The notes under the pieces were generated by a model, which worked only from the letters and a program-made list of their open reading frames with translations, did not search any database and was not told the DNA's origin. The position numbers were made by a program, and so were the translations under genes. From a virus, in IMG/VR virus record IMGVR_UViG_3300048818_000054, positions 1 to 20,450 of that record: a stretch of DNA of 20,450 bases; one strand, written 5' to 3'. Shown here one piece after another: positions 1 through 8,038 of the stretch (positions are counted from its first letter, which is position 1; each line of letters opens with the position of its first letter).

Positions 1-709
1 GTGGGAAAACCTTGCCGTCCGTTAGCGTGCCCCAATCGTCAATCATCGAAGCTGCGTCTTGAATGCGCCCGCAATCAATTCCAGCGCCGTCAGCAAGGTT
101 TTCCCACGCGCCGGCCGCTATCCACTTCAACGTGGCTTGGTTCCAAACCAGCGAATAGCCATTTATCGCCGTAGCTTCGGTCACGTTCACGTCGGACAAA
201 CCGGACAGTGCGAGACCTTCGGTTCCGCCCAAAACCCACGTATCGGTGTCTACCTTCGTAATCGACACCATCGAGTACTGCGTGGTGGTGGTTGCTGATG
301 CTGCCGCGTTCTCAAGCGTGACGCCAGCGCCAGCCGCCACGGTCAAAGCGCCAGCGCCCATCTGATCCATGATGATGGTGGTGCCGATGACGAAAGCCAC
401 CGTGGCGTTTGCCGGAATGGTAAAAGTGAGCGGCGAAGCCTTGTTTGCCCTAACCCAAGTGTTCGCGTCGGTAAGGACGAACTGATAGCTGCCCGTCTGT
501 TGCGTGATCGTTACTTCTGGGGCCGTTGCTACCCATTTTGAGGTCGCTTGGTTCCAAGACAGCAATTGCGTGTCTATGCCGGACCCTTCGGTCACGTTAA
601 CATCGGTCAACGCGTGAAGCGTGGTCGCGCCTGCGCCGGTAGCCGGGTTCTGACGGTTGTTCTTTCCGTGCCCGCTGCGGCTTCCCGGATTTGGCGCGAA
701 GTCAGCCAT
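1..709 (-). CDS. Tail-fibre-like virion protein, 3' end runs off the window (absent from ORF track)
   Basis: Hand translation from ATG at 709 (MADFAPNPGSRSGHGK...) is open to position 1. Two L..L.DVNVTE...I....L.WNQAT.KW repeats flank a QQTGSYQFVLTDA...IPANATVAFVIGT...QMGAG...QYS...DTWVLGG domain, paralogous to 722..1837. Confidence 0.8.
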   Translation of the reverse strand, partial: MADFAPNPGSRSGHGKNNRQNPATGAGATTLHALTDVNVTEGSGIDTQLLSWNQATSKWVATAPEVTITQQTGSYQFVLTDANTWVRANKASPLTFTIPANATVAFVIGTTIIMDQMGAGALTVAAGAGVTLENAAASATTTTQYSMVSITKVDTDTWVLGGTEGLALSGLSDVNVTEATAINGYSLVWNQATLKWIAAGAWENLADGAGIDCGRIQDAASMIDDWGTLTDGKVFP

Positions 710-721
710 TTGGGGAAGTCC

Positions 722-1837
722 TTACACGCCGCCCAGAGTAGCGTATGCGGACAAATCGGACGCCGCCACAACCGGGTTAGGAAGCTGGGCAGACGTGGCA
801 ATTCCCGAGATATCGGTGAAAGCTGGCTGAGCCAAATGTGGCACGCCGGACGTGTCGATATAGGAAATCCAATTGTACGACGAAAACGCGATGCTCTCCA
901 CGCCGCCGAGCGACGAAGAGCCGGGATTGGGCAAGCGGGCGGCCGGTAGCGTGCCGGACGAAATATTCGAGGCGTTGGTCGTGTCGGTCGTGGCCGAGGC
1001 GGCAAGCAACGGAACTTCAAGGGTGAATTCCCAAACGTCAGACGCGCTTTTCGTCAATCTGCCTTGCTGGAACTGAGTCTTGAAGACCAATCCGTTCGCT
1101 GAATTTATGGTCACGCCACCGGTCGCAACTATCGTGGTCACGCCAGCGCCGATCATTTCAACGTCAATGACGGTTCCGATCGGGAAAGCGACGGTCGCAT
1201 TGAGGGGGACGGTCAAATTGTTGGCCGAGCCCACGTTCATCTGAACAAGCTTGCCGGCGTCGCCAAGGACAAGCACGTAGCTGGCCGTCTGAGCGTTTAT
1301 GCCGGCCACGGAAAGCTGGATCGCCAAGCCCGAGACTGCGCCTGCCGCGATGGCAATCGCGACCGATGACAGGGAAGTGATAAGGCCCTTGGCGTTGACG
1401 GTCGCCTCAAGGGTGTGGTCGGCCGCACCATAGCTGCTTGGGCTCCCATTGACGGTCGCCAACGTGGTCGCAACCGCGCCGGCCGGGGTCGTGATATCGC
1501 CCGTGAGAGCGGGCATCTGACCAGCGGCGACGGAGCCAGAGATATTGCCGAACGAAAAGGCTTTCGCCTCCCATTTGCTCGCGCCATTGTTCCAATAGAG
1601 CAGGAACGTGTCTATGCCCGCGCCTTCGGAAACCGTCACGTCGGACAAGGACGAAAGCGCCGAGGCGACCGCGCCTGTGGTCCAGCGCTGCGTCGTGCTG
1701 TTCCAAACCAGCGCGTAGCCGTTGGATATGGCGGCGTCGCTGAACTCCACGTCGCCAAGGTTTTGCAGCGTGCCGATACGCTTGCTTCCGTAGCCTTTGC
1801 CCGTGCGCGAGCCGGGATTTGGAGCGAAATCGGCCAT
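722..1837 (-). CDS. Tail-fibre-like virion protein, 371 aa
   Basis: Ala/Gly/Ser/Thr-rich, two L.DV...WN....W repeats, a TVNAKGLITS fibre-like motif, a NAQTASYVL...VAFPIGT domain and an ASNISSGTLPAARLP repeat. Confidence 0.75.
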   Translation of the reverse strand: MADFAPNPGSRTGKGYGSKRIGTLQNLGDVEFSDAAISNGYALVWNSTTQRWTTGAVASALSSLSDVTVSEGAGIDTFLLYWNNGASKWEAKAFSFGNISGSVAAGQMPALTGDITTPAGAVATTLATVNGSPSSYGAADHTLEATVNAKGLITSLSSVAIAIAAGAVSGLAIQLSVAGINAQTASYVLVLGDAGKLVQMNVGSANNLTVPLNATVAFPIGTVIDVEMIGAGVTTIVATGGVTINSANGLVFKTQFQQGRLTKSASDVWEFTLEVPLLAASATTDTTNASNISSGTLPAARLPNPGSSSLGGVESIAFSSYNWISYIDTSGVPHLAQPAFTDISGIATSAQLPNPVVAASDLSAYATLGGV

Positions 1838-1849
1838 TTCTCAGAGTCC

Positions 1850-2275
1850 TTAGAAGTCGGACGCGATGCAATGAACCGTGACGTTACCGCCAACCAGCGT
1901 GGCAACTGCGTTCACCGTCAGCGTGTCGCCAGAGATCATGTAGAAGAATGGGTTGCCGTCATTGTCCACTGGCAAGCCAACAGCGTCCACCGCGTTCATG
2001 AGGTTGACGGACGCGGGCGTAACGGCGGCCTGACCTGACGTGATCGGGATCGCCACAACCCACATGTTGTACTGGACGGCCGAGTTCGTAATCGAGACCT
2101 GAATGTTCCCGATCGAAGAGTTGAGGCCCGACGCCCACATGCCCATGATCTTTGAGCCATTCGCGCCAGCGGTGTAAAGCGTCTGCGGGGCCGTGGTCTC
2201 AGCAACGGTGATGATGACGCGGCCGGCTTGCGGCTGCTTCGGGAAGGTGGGGATAGAGTTCTGGGTGAATGACAT
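1850..2275 (-). CDS. Probable virion structural protein, 141 aa
   Basis: Beta-rich, low-charge composition, lies between fibre genes, SD GGAGG upstream. Confidence 0.65.
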   Translation of the reverse strand: MSFTQNSIPTFPKQPQAGRVIITVAETTAPQTLYTAGANGSKIMGMWASGLNSSIGNIQVSITNSAVQYNMWVVAIPITSGQAAVTPASVNLMNAVDAVGLPVDNDGNPFFYMISGDTLTVNAVATLVGGNVTVHCIASDF

Positions 2276-2276
2276 T

Positions 2277-2651
2277 TCACACCCCTCCTAGGGCGGCCTG
2301 CAACGGTAGGGACACTAGGGGCGGCAATTGAGCAGCCGGGAGCGTGCCCGACGTGATGTTCGAAGCGTCGGTTGTATCCGTGAAAGCCGAGGGAGCCAAT
2401 AGCGTGGCTTCCCATCTGGACGCGGTATTGTTCCACGTCAAAGCGTAGCCGTCGATAGAAATGCCTTCGGTGACTTGCACGTCGGTAAGCTGTTGAAGCG
2501 TGGTTGCGCCTCCGCCGCCACCGCCAGTGGCCGAGGCAATCCACTTCTTGGTCGAATTATTCCAGATTAGGCCATAACCGTCTATCCCCGCCCCTTCGGT
2601 GATATTCACGTCCGGCAAGCGGCTCAGCGGGGGAACGATCGTCAGGCTCAC
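2277..2651 (-). CDS. Small fibre-repeat protein, 124 aa
   Basis: Two L.DV..TEG..IDGY.L.WNN....W.A repeats plus ASNITSGTLPAAQLP, ends LGGV, GTGA overlap with the upstream gene. Confidence 0.75.
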   Translation of the reverse strand: MSLTIVPPLSRLPDVNITEGAGIDGYGLIWNNSTKKWIASATGGGGGGATTLQQLTDVQVTEGISIDGYALTWNNTASRWEATLLAPSAFTDTTDASNITSGTLPAAQLPPLVSLPLQAALGGV

Positions 2652-3013
2652 GTCAAAACCTCAATCAAAAGAGTGGTTCCGCCGCTTCCGGTAGCGTCAT
2701 AGACGATTGCGCCCAGCGTGTCGCCAGCCGGGGCATCCCATTCGACAGCTTCTCCGGGATTGAGATTTGCGCCCGCTACCACGGCAACATTCGATCCCAC
2801 GTTAGCAATGGCGGTAGTGACGGCCCCAGCGGGCAGCGTGGCAGCGTTCGTTACGCGTTGCAGGGTGGCGACGCGGCTCGTACCCTTGCCGACGTCCAGC
2901 ACCATCTTTAGGGCGTACAGAGGCAAGCCGGTTGCCGGGTCAGCCCCGATAAGCTCGGCCGCAAGGGCAATCTGGACGCCATTGGCGTCCTCGATTAGGT
3001 AGTTGTCGGCCAC
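2648..3013 (-). CDS. Probable structural protein, first gene of the module, 121 aa
   Basis: GTG start with GAGGT 5 nt upstream, Ala/Gly/Thr-rich. Confidence 0.65.
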   Translation of the reverse strand: MADNYLIEDANGVQIALAAELIGADPATGLPLYALKMVLDVGKGTSRVATLQRVTNAATLPAGAVTTAIANVGSNVAVVAGANLNPGEAVEWDAPAGDTLGAIVYDATGSGGTTLLIEVLT

Positions 3014-3016
3014 GGT

Positions 3017-3046
3017 AGACCTCGAAGGCTAAGCCTTTCGAGACCT
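3017..3046 (-). promoter_or_regulatory. Hairpin sequestering the SD of 2648..3013
   Basis: mRNA AGGUCUCGAA(A)GGC-UUA-GCCUUCGAGGUCU forms 13 bp with two G-U pairs and one bulge; GAGGU is in the 3' arm. Confidence 0.6.
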
Positions 3047-3258
3047 TACGCTAGACCTTTCTCTTCCGCAAGCCAACAGGGCATCGTGACGCGCACGACG
3101 CAACCACTGACTGGCTCTATGTCGATTTGCGACAGTGGCAGAAAATGGACACCGAACTGGTTATCGTTCATGCGGCACTTAAGCGCGCCGCCCGGCGTCC
3201 TGCCCAATTCGAGCATTTCATAGGTGACGATCATGTCTTTGGCGCGGTAGCTGGTCAT
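3046..3258 (-). CDS. Phage hypothetical protein, 70 aa
   Basis: Start MTSYRAK after AAGAGG; FLPLSQI...MPCWLAEEKGL pattern typical of a small phage protein family. Confidence 0.7.
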   Translation of the reverse strand: MTSYRAKDMIVTYEMLELGRTPGGALKCRMNDNQFGVHFLPLSQIDIEPVSGCVVRVTMPCWLAEEKGLA

Positions 3259-3332
3259 TCGTATGGCCTCTTGAAACCTTCTATATTGGCGGGTCGCGAC
3301 AGCGCCGCCGCGCGTGCCCCCAAGCACGCCGT

Positions 3333-3857
3333 TCAAGAAGGGCGGAGACATACCGATAAAACGGTGAATGCGACGACAGCGATCGGCAGCGCGGCGCCTC
3401 CTATCCAAAGCGCGGACGTGAGCACTCGTGCTGATCGCACAAGGGCCGCGCGATTGCGATCGATGCGATTCTGAACGTCCTCAAGCGCTGCCCGCAGGAT
3501 TGGGGTTAGGTCTTCGCCAGCGCACCCCTGAGCGAGCAGCCGAGGCTCGTATCCGTTGACGAAGAAGTCTGCAGGTTTCGCGGATATTGCGCAGAGGATC
3601 GCGGCAAGGAACAGCAAAGCAGCGGCGGCGCCAATCGCCCAGAAAAGTGCAAGAGAAGGCTCGTGAGTTGCCGCGACGAGCGCGCCCACAAGAGCGGCGA
3701 GGGCGCCGGCGGCCGCCCCAAACATTCCGGTTAGTGTAACGGCGCGCTGGTCATTGGCGATCGCCAATTGCACGGTGCCTTGGAGACAAGCTTCCCCTTG
3801 GCGGTTCAGCTCCGCGAGAGCCTGCGGTGGAACTGTCGAAAAATCGATCGTCTGCAT
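3333..3857 (-). CDS. 3-TM membrane protein, 174 aa (weak resemblance to Pycsar-effector/DUF5706 topology)
   Basis: Amphipathic helix, D.RA, two TM segments, Pro, soluble helix, third TM. Confidence 0.65.
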   Translation of the reverse strand: MQTIDFSTVPPQALAELNRQGEACLQGTVQLAIANDQRAVTLTGMFGAAAGALAALVGALVAATHEPSLALFWAIGAAAALLFLAAILCAISAKPADFFVNGYEPRLLAQGCAGEDLTPILRAALEDVQNRIDRNRAALVRSARVLTSALWIGGAALPIAVVAFTVLSVCLRPS

Positions 3858-3860
3858 TTT

Positions 3861-4127
3861 CTAACTTTCTCGTACCTTGGGAGCGGGAAGGTTGCGTTTC
3901 TTGAGTACGTGCTTGTAATTCTGGCAGTCGCCGCGCGTCTCTAGGTTGCACGTCGGCTTCAAGTACCACTGGCCGCAATGGGCGCATTGGATAGGCTCTG
4001 GCAGCGCCCCAACGTCAACGCCTTCGCGCGCGTGGTTGCGGTGAACCGGGACGGCAATCTCCGCAGTCGGGGCCAACTCTTCAATCGGCCTCGGCTGCGG
4101 GGCGTCCTTTCTGCGTAGCAGCTTCAA
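3861..4127 (-). CDS. Hypothetical Cys-rich protein, 88 aa
   Basis: CAHC...C...C possible Zn site; TTGA overlap with the upstream gene. Confidence 0.6.
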   Translation of the reverse strand: MKLLRRKDAPQPRPIEELAPTAEIAVPVHRNHAREGVDVGALPEPIQCAHCGQWYLKPTCNLETRGDCQNYKHVLKKRNLPAPKVRES

Positions 4128-4639
4128 GCGTGCATGTCCGACAGCTTGGCGATGAAAGGTTCGGTGCCGTTGAGCGACGCGTCGGGGTCTTCGGACGGCA
4201 CTTGCTCAACCGCCGCAACCGCCTCGCCATCCGCGACCAAGGCGAACTTGCCCTCATGCGCGCGCTTGTACATGCCTTTGGTTCCGGTACGAACCACCCA
4301 GCCTTTCTTGAGCCAGAAATCGATCGCGGTCTGGGCGGCGTTCGTGCCGATACCCTTAGCGTCCAAGCCCTTGCGCGCAAGACACTTTCTGGCTTCGTGG
4401 ATGCTGATAACCTCTACGCCGGCAGCTTCGAACAAGTCGAAGACCGCAATGTTGCAAGCATAGCGTTCGGACAGCGGGCGATTGCGCCTGCCGCTGACAG
4501 AGCCGCCCTTCTTCTCTGATCCCCCGAACTTGTAGGTGACGATGCCTTTCGCAATAAGCGTTTGCAGGGCTTCGAACACCTGATTGGTATTGACCGGCTT
4601 CAAAAACAACCGGATAGACGTGACTGTTTCGTCGGACAC
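4124..4639 (-). CDS. Hypothetical protein, possibly winged-helix, 171 aa
   Basis: AAGGGAG SD, GTG start; WLKKGWVVRTGTKGMYK resembles a wHTH wing. Confidence 0.65.
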   Translation of the reverse strand: MSDETVTSIRLFLKPVNTNQVFEALQTLIAKGIVTYKFGGSEKKGGSVSGRRNRPLSERYACNIAVFDLFEAAGVEVISIHEARKCLARKGLDAKGIGTNAAQTAIDFWLKKGWVVRTGTKGMYKRAHEGKFALVADGEAVAAVEQVPSEDPDASLNGTEPFIAKLSDMHA

Positions 4640-4668
4640 TTTAATTCTCCCTTATACGCCCGCCAAAC

Positions 4669-5031
4669 TCATTCTGGCGGGGGTTCTTCTTTCGGTCCAG
4701 TCTCGAGCGGCGGGGGCCGGATGACGGCTCGCGCAAACCGCTGTTGAGAGTGTTCCGTAATTGGTTCTGGCAGTATACCTGTTCGCCTTCGACATGCAAC
4801 CATTGTTCCGAGTTGTCGCATCGTCACGGCAACAGCGCCTTTTTCGATAGCACGGTTCCGCATCTTCTGAGCAACATCGTAATGGTCGCCTTGATACCAC
4901 TTGCGCTGGACGCCGATCTTGTCGGCCATCGCGTGAAGCTCTTCTTCCGTGGTCGCGACCATGTGGGACATTTTCATGCGGCCGAACCGCCCCATCGGAT
5001 ATTTGAACATGTCGTCAATGAAAACGGTCAT
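4669..5031 (-). CDS. DUF4031 domain protein, 120 aa
   Basis: MTVFIDD...SHMVA...ELHAMA..IG..RKWYQGDHYDV...R..AI..GA matches the DUF4031 pattern; ATGA overlap supports the start. Confidence 0.85.
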   Translation of the reverse strand: MTVFIDDMFKYPMGRFGRMKMSHMVATTEEELHAMADKIGVQRKWYQGDHYDVAQKMRNRAIEKGAVAVTMRQLGTMVACRRRTGILPEPITEHSQQRFARAVIRPPPLETGPKEEPPPE

Positions 5032-5180
5032 TTCAGGTCTTGCCCCGTGTAAGGCTCGCGTGAGACCATCACCCATTGCCCGGCGAACAGGACATAGGTT
5101 TCCCAAAATCGGTTTTGGTACATGCGCGTTCCGTCCGCCCACTCGGGGCCCGCGTATTCCGCGATGAAATATCTGACCAT
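5028..5180 (-). CDS. Hypothetical protein, 50 aa
   Basis: Hand translation MVRYFIAEYAGPEW...GQDLK; fills the gap, ATGA overlap downstream. Confidence 0.6.
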   Translation of the reverse strand: MVRYFIAEYAGPEWADGTRMYQNRFWETYVLFAGQWVMVSREPYTGQDLK

Positions 5181-5183
5181 TGC

Positions 5184-5306
5184 TCAGTTCCGGTTGCTGC
5201 CGCTTCGCGTTTTACCGCACTTGAAACACCGCTCGGCCCAGCATCCAAAGCCGATTGGGATACCGCGCCAGTCGTGCCAGCAAAGCCGGCGCAGAAAGCT
5301 AATCAT
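5184..5306 (-). CDS. Small Zn-ribbon-like protein (DUF1660-like), 40 aa
   Basis: MISFLRRLCWHDW...RCFKCGK: C.H.W plus CxxCG. Confidence 0.6.
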   Translation of the reverse strand: MISFLRRLCWHDWRGIPIGFGCWAERCFKCGKTRSGSNRN

Positions 5307-5487
5307 CGGTCGGGTCCAGCGGCTTCGCGTCGGCTATCGAGGCGTCGAAACCTTCGTCCCATTCGGCCGAGTCTTCTGACGTTTCGATGCGGTCTCGAAA
5401 CGGGTTGTCGCGCTTGGTCTTGCCGCGCTTATGCGCCTTGTAGCCCTTGGTATAGGGATCAAGCATCCACTCTTTGTCTTCGACCAT
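5299..5487 (-). CDS. RMF/CrpP-fold-like protein 2, 62 aa
   Basis: PYTKGYKAHKRG.....NPF.........WDEGF matches the ribosome modulation factor-like pattern; TGATG overlap. Confidence 0.7.
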   Translation of the reverse strand: MVEDKEWMLDPYTKGYKAHKRGKTKRDNPFRDRIETSEDSAEWDEGFDASIADAKPLDPTDD

Positions 5488-5645
5488 CACCCGTTCTCCA
5501 ATTGGCACTCCAACCAGCCATCGTTCCAACTCGCGAATTCGTCGGACTGGTCGTCATAGGGGTTTGACGTTTCTGAGCGTCCCGACAGATAAGCATCGAA
5601 CCCGCATTCCCACGCCAGTTTCTCGCTTTCAGTCAGTTCAGGCAT
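5487..5645 (-). CDS. RMF/CrpP-fold-like protein 1, 52 aa (absent from ORF track)
   Basis: MPELTESEKLAWECGFDAYLSGRSETSNPYDDQSDEFASWNDGWLECQLENG. Confidence 0.7.
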   Translation of the reverse strand: MPELTESEKLAWECGFDAYLSGRSETSNPYDDQSDEFASWNDGWLECQLENG

Positions 5646-6177
5646 CGTGGGTGCTCCCGAGGTAGGTTTTGAGCGCGTCGATATGCGCGGCGAAAGCTTT
5701 GGCGGTGTGTTGTCGAGCCAGCTTCATCACCATGGCCTCTATAGCGGGCATGGCGGCCTCGATGATGCGATGGGCGTATTCGGTCACGATCGCTTCTTCT
5801 GCGTCTCGGCCGGGCTCTTCGCGGGCTCTACGCTCCATTTCGTCGCGATCGGCGGCAATCTCTTCGGGGGTACGCGTGTGCTGCTCTTCGGTGAGGTTTC
5901 CATCCATGAGTGTAACGATTGCGGTTTTATCAGATGGGTTGAAGGCTGGTCGGCCTGTCTCTTGCTGGCTCGGGCCGTCGATCAAGGTTGCTTCGACATA
6001 GGTTGCTTCGACATAGCGCGGAACCATGCGGCTGAGCGGGTTCTGTGCTTCGAGCGCATGACACGTCAGCAAGTCCGCGATGTAGGGGACAAGCAGAATG
6101 CCGGCGCGGCGCGCGCGGAACGCAAGTTCGTCTCTTACGGCCGTGTCGATATTAACGTCTATGTGAACGATGCTCAC
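5638..6177 (-). CDS. Hypothetical protein with ribbon-helix-helix-like N-terminus, 179 aa
   Basis: GTG start; VHIDVNIDTAVRDELAFRARRAGILLVPYIADLL gives a strand-helix-G-helix pattern. Confidence 0.6.
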   Translation of the reverse strand: MSIVHIDVNIDTAVRDELAFRARRAGILLVPYIADLLTCHALEAQNPLSRMVPRYVEATYVEATLIDGPSQQETGRPAFNPSDKTAIVTLMDGNLTEEQHTRTPEEIAADRDEMERRAREEPGRDAEEAIVTEYAHRIIEAAMPAIEAMVMKLARQHTAKAFAAHIDALKTYLGSTHDA

Positions 6178-6185
6178 GGCTTCTT

Positions 6186-6326
6186 CTACCCGAATAGGTC
6201 TCTCAGGATGATGATCGGCCAAACAAACGCCACGGCGGTTAGCGTCGCGCCCACGAACATCAAAGTCATGAGCACTAGGCCGAGGATCGCGATTACCAAT
6301 TCACTGATTGCGTTGAATAGCTTCAT
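6186..6326 (-). CDS. Small membrane protein, 46 aa
   Basis: MKLFNAISELVIAILGLVLMTLMFVGATLTAVAFVWPIIILRDLFG; GAGGA SD. Confidence 0.65.
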   Translation of the reverse strand: MKLFNAISELVIAILGLVLMTLMFVGATLTAVAFVWPIIILRDLFG

Positions 6327-6498
6327 GGTCTTCCTCACGGGCGAGTTTCAACCTACGGTCAAGCTCACGCTTCTTCGCGGCTTCGTCGGCCCGCGCAATA
6401 GCGGCGTCTCGCGCAGCGCACATAGGACACGTCCCGTCGCGCGCGTGAGCGCTGGACACGTAATGTCCCTTTGAGCACATGAACTTGCCGATTGCCAT
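6301..6498 (-). CDS. Zn-finger plus coiled-coil small protein, 65 aa
   Basis: CSKGH...CPMC followed by a charged helix; AGGAGG SD. Confidence 0.65.
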   Translation of the reverse strand: MAIGKFMCSKGHYVSSAHARDGTCPMCAARDAAIARADEAAKKRELDRRLKLAREEDHEAIQRNQ

Positions 6499-6526
6499 CC
6501 AAGGCAACCTCCTGTTGCGAAAGGCG

Positions 6527-6554
6527 ACTATGAACGATTGGTTTGAGTTTGCAA
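6527..6554 (-). promoter_or_regulatory. Putative sigma70-type promoter
   Basis: TTGCAA-N16-CATAGT, same spacing as other promoters in the window. Confidence 0.5.
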
Positions 6555-6563
6555 GCGAAACTT

Positions 6564-6580
6564 TTGTGCAACTAGTTGCA
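6564..6580. repeat. 17-bp site TTGTGCAACTAGTTGCA, copy 1
   Basis: 14-bp perfect palindrome TGCAACTAGTTGCA; four identical copies in the window. Confidence 0.95.
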
Positions 6581-6582
6581 AA

Positions 6583-6843
6583 TCATATCGAGGGATTGCG
6601 GCCAGCGCCTATGTCGCCATCGGTGTAAGTCACGAAGCGCAGCTTGCCGTTGCCGAGCACAAGCGACTTCTGACCCTGATAGCCTTTTGCCAAGAGCGGG
6701 CTTGAAACGAGCACAAGCCAAATCTCCGTCTCGACCAAGCTCTTGCTATGGACACGAATTAGGTCAGAGAAAGGCGGCTCGGCAATCGCGGCCAAGAGGT
6801 TCGGGTGCATTTCAACATGAGCCGTTCCCATGGCGTCCCTCAT
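6583..6843 (-). CDS. Hypothetical protein, 86 aa
   Basis: ATGA overlap with 6840..7352; stop 2 nt before the palindrome. Confidence 0.55.
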   Translation of the reverse strand: MRDAMGTAHVEMHPNLLAAIAEPPFSDLIRVHSKSLVETEIWLVLVSSPLLAKGYQGQKSLVLGNGKLRFVTYTDGDIGAGRNPSI

Positions 6844-7352
6844 TTGTCTGGCGCTACCCTCACCGTGTTGGGCAGGATCACATAATCGCCGCCCGTGTTC
6901 TCTCCGCCGAAGTGGAGCGTGCCGTAATCGTTGCCGTCGCCTCCCGTGACCTTTGGTATATCGGCCAGTTTCAAGTGAACAGGAATGCCGTCAGCCAAAA
7001 GCTCTCTGGCTTCTGTCAAGAGCTTTTGAAGGGAAGGCGTCAAGTCCACCTTGTAGGCGCGCACTCGACCGTCGCTTGGGAAAACCCACAAGTCAACCTT
7101 CTTCTTCCCATCGGGCCAAAAAGCGACCAACTGAACTTCGTCCGGCATGGCCGCGATTGTCGTCTCTACCGGCAAGCCCATCATAAGCGGCACGCGGAAC
7201 GTAGTCAGGCCGGCAAGGCCAACCAGCAATATAGGCAGCGACAGCTTCGTGTGGACAGGGGCGTTCGTTGTGCGGAAAAGCCACGCGGCGACAAGAGCCA
7301 CCGCAGCCACATACAGACCAAAGGTTGAGACGAACGGTGCGAAGTTGCTCAT
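6840..7352 (-). CDS. 2-TM membrane protein with soluble C-terminal domain, 170 aa
   Basis: Two hydrophobic segments, then GLP...MP...LVA...VDLWV...RAY; coupled by ATGA. Confidence 0.8.
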   Translation of the reverse strand: MSNFAPFVSTFGLYVAAVALVAAWLFRTTNAPVHTKLSLPILLVGLAGLTTFRVPLMMGLPVETTIAAMPDEVQLVAFWPDGKKKVDLWVFPSDGRVRAYKVDLTPSLQKLLTEARELLADGIPVHLKLADIPKVTGGDGNDYGTLHFGGENTGGDYVILPNTVRVAPDK

Positions 7353-8038
7353 TTCATGCTTCCCGATGCGTCAAAAACATGGCTCGTGACCAGCATGAGC
7401 GGCGGGTCGGCAAGGGTGCAGTTGCCTTGGTTATCGAGGTCGAAACTGACGACGTTGATGCACTGTTTCTGGTGAACAAGAATGACCTCTTGCGAGAAAA
7501 TCGTCTCCACCTTGGGGTTGAGCTTGATGACCTCCACGCGGACCGGGCATTTCAAGTCGCGGTCATTGTCCGCCACGTCTTGGCCGTTGCGGTGAAACTT
7601 GAACATGTGAACGCCCACGTCGAAGCGACCGGGCAGCTTGCCTCGGATCGTGGTCATTTCCTTTTGGGTAAGGTCGTCAATCTCTGTGCTCTTGCCGTTG
7701 CCCGCGCCGTCGCGGTCGTCAACGAAGTGCTTCGAGTCCACCCAGCCCTTGCAATCGTGGTCAAGGCTGACGCCGTGGGACTCACGGGCGTTGTACCAAA
7801 CGTCGGTCTGACCCGACTTGTCCAAGGAACTGCTGTCGGGGATAATGACGTGCAAATCCACGTCCGCGTCATAGTCCATAGACCACTCTGCGGTGATGAC
7901 GTATTCGGCGGTGATCTTGAGGCCGGCCGCTTGGTCCTTTGGCGCGACCTGATTTATCAGGACGGCTTGCTGGGCGAGCAGATAATCGACAAGCGCAATC
8001 CAGCCTATGCGCTCAAGGAACTGGCGTCGATCAATCAT
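7349..8038 (-). CDS. MotB/ExbD-like single-TM protein with YfaP/DUF2135-like domain, 229 aa
   Basis: Basic N-terminus, TM with Asp (IALVDYLL), then ITAEW...DADVDLHVIIP...SLDHD...E...PGRFDVGVHMF; ATGA overlap sets the start at 8038. Confidence 0.65.
   Translation of the reverse strand: MIDRRQFLERIGWIALVDYLLAQQAVLINQVAPKDQAAGLKITAEYVITAEWSMDYDADVDLHVIIPDSSSLDKSGQTDVWYNARESHGVSLDHDCKGWVDSKHFVDDRDGAGNGKSTEIDDLTQKEMTTIRGKLPGRFDVGVHMFKFHRNGQDVADNDRDLKCPVRVEVIKLNPKVETIFSQEVILVHQKQCINVVSFDLDNQGNCTLADPPLMLVTSHVFDASGSMK

Noticed and set aside
1-2651. Diversity-generating retroelement or shufflon acting on fibre genes
   Set aside because: Repeats are conserved at protein level, no adenine-specific TR/VR pair was seen, and no reverse transcriptase or invertase is in the window.
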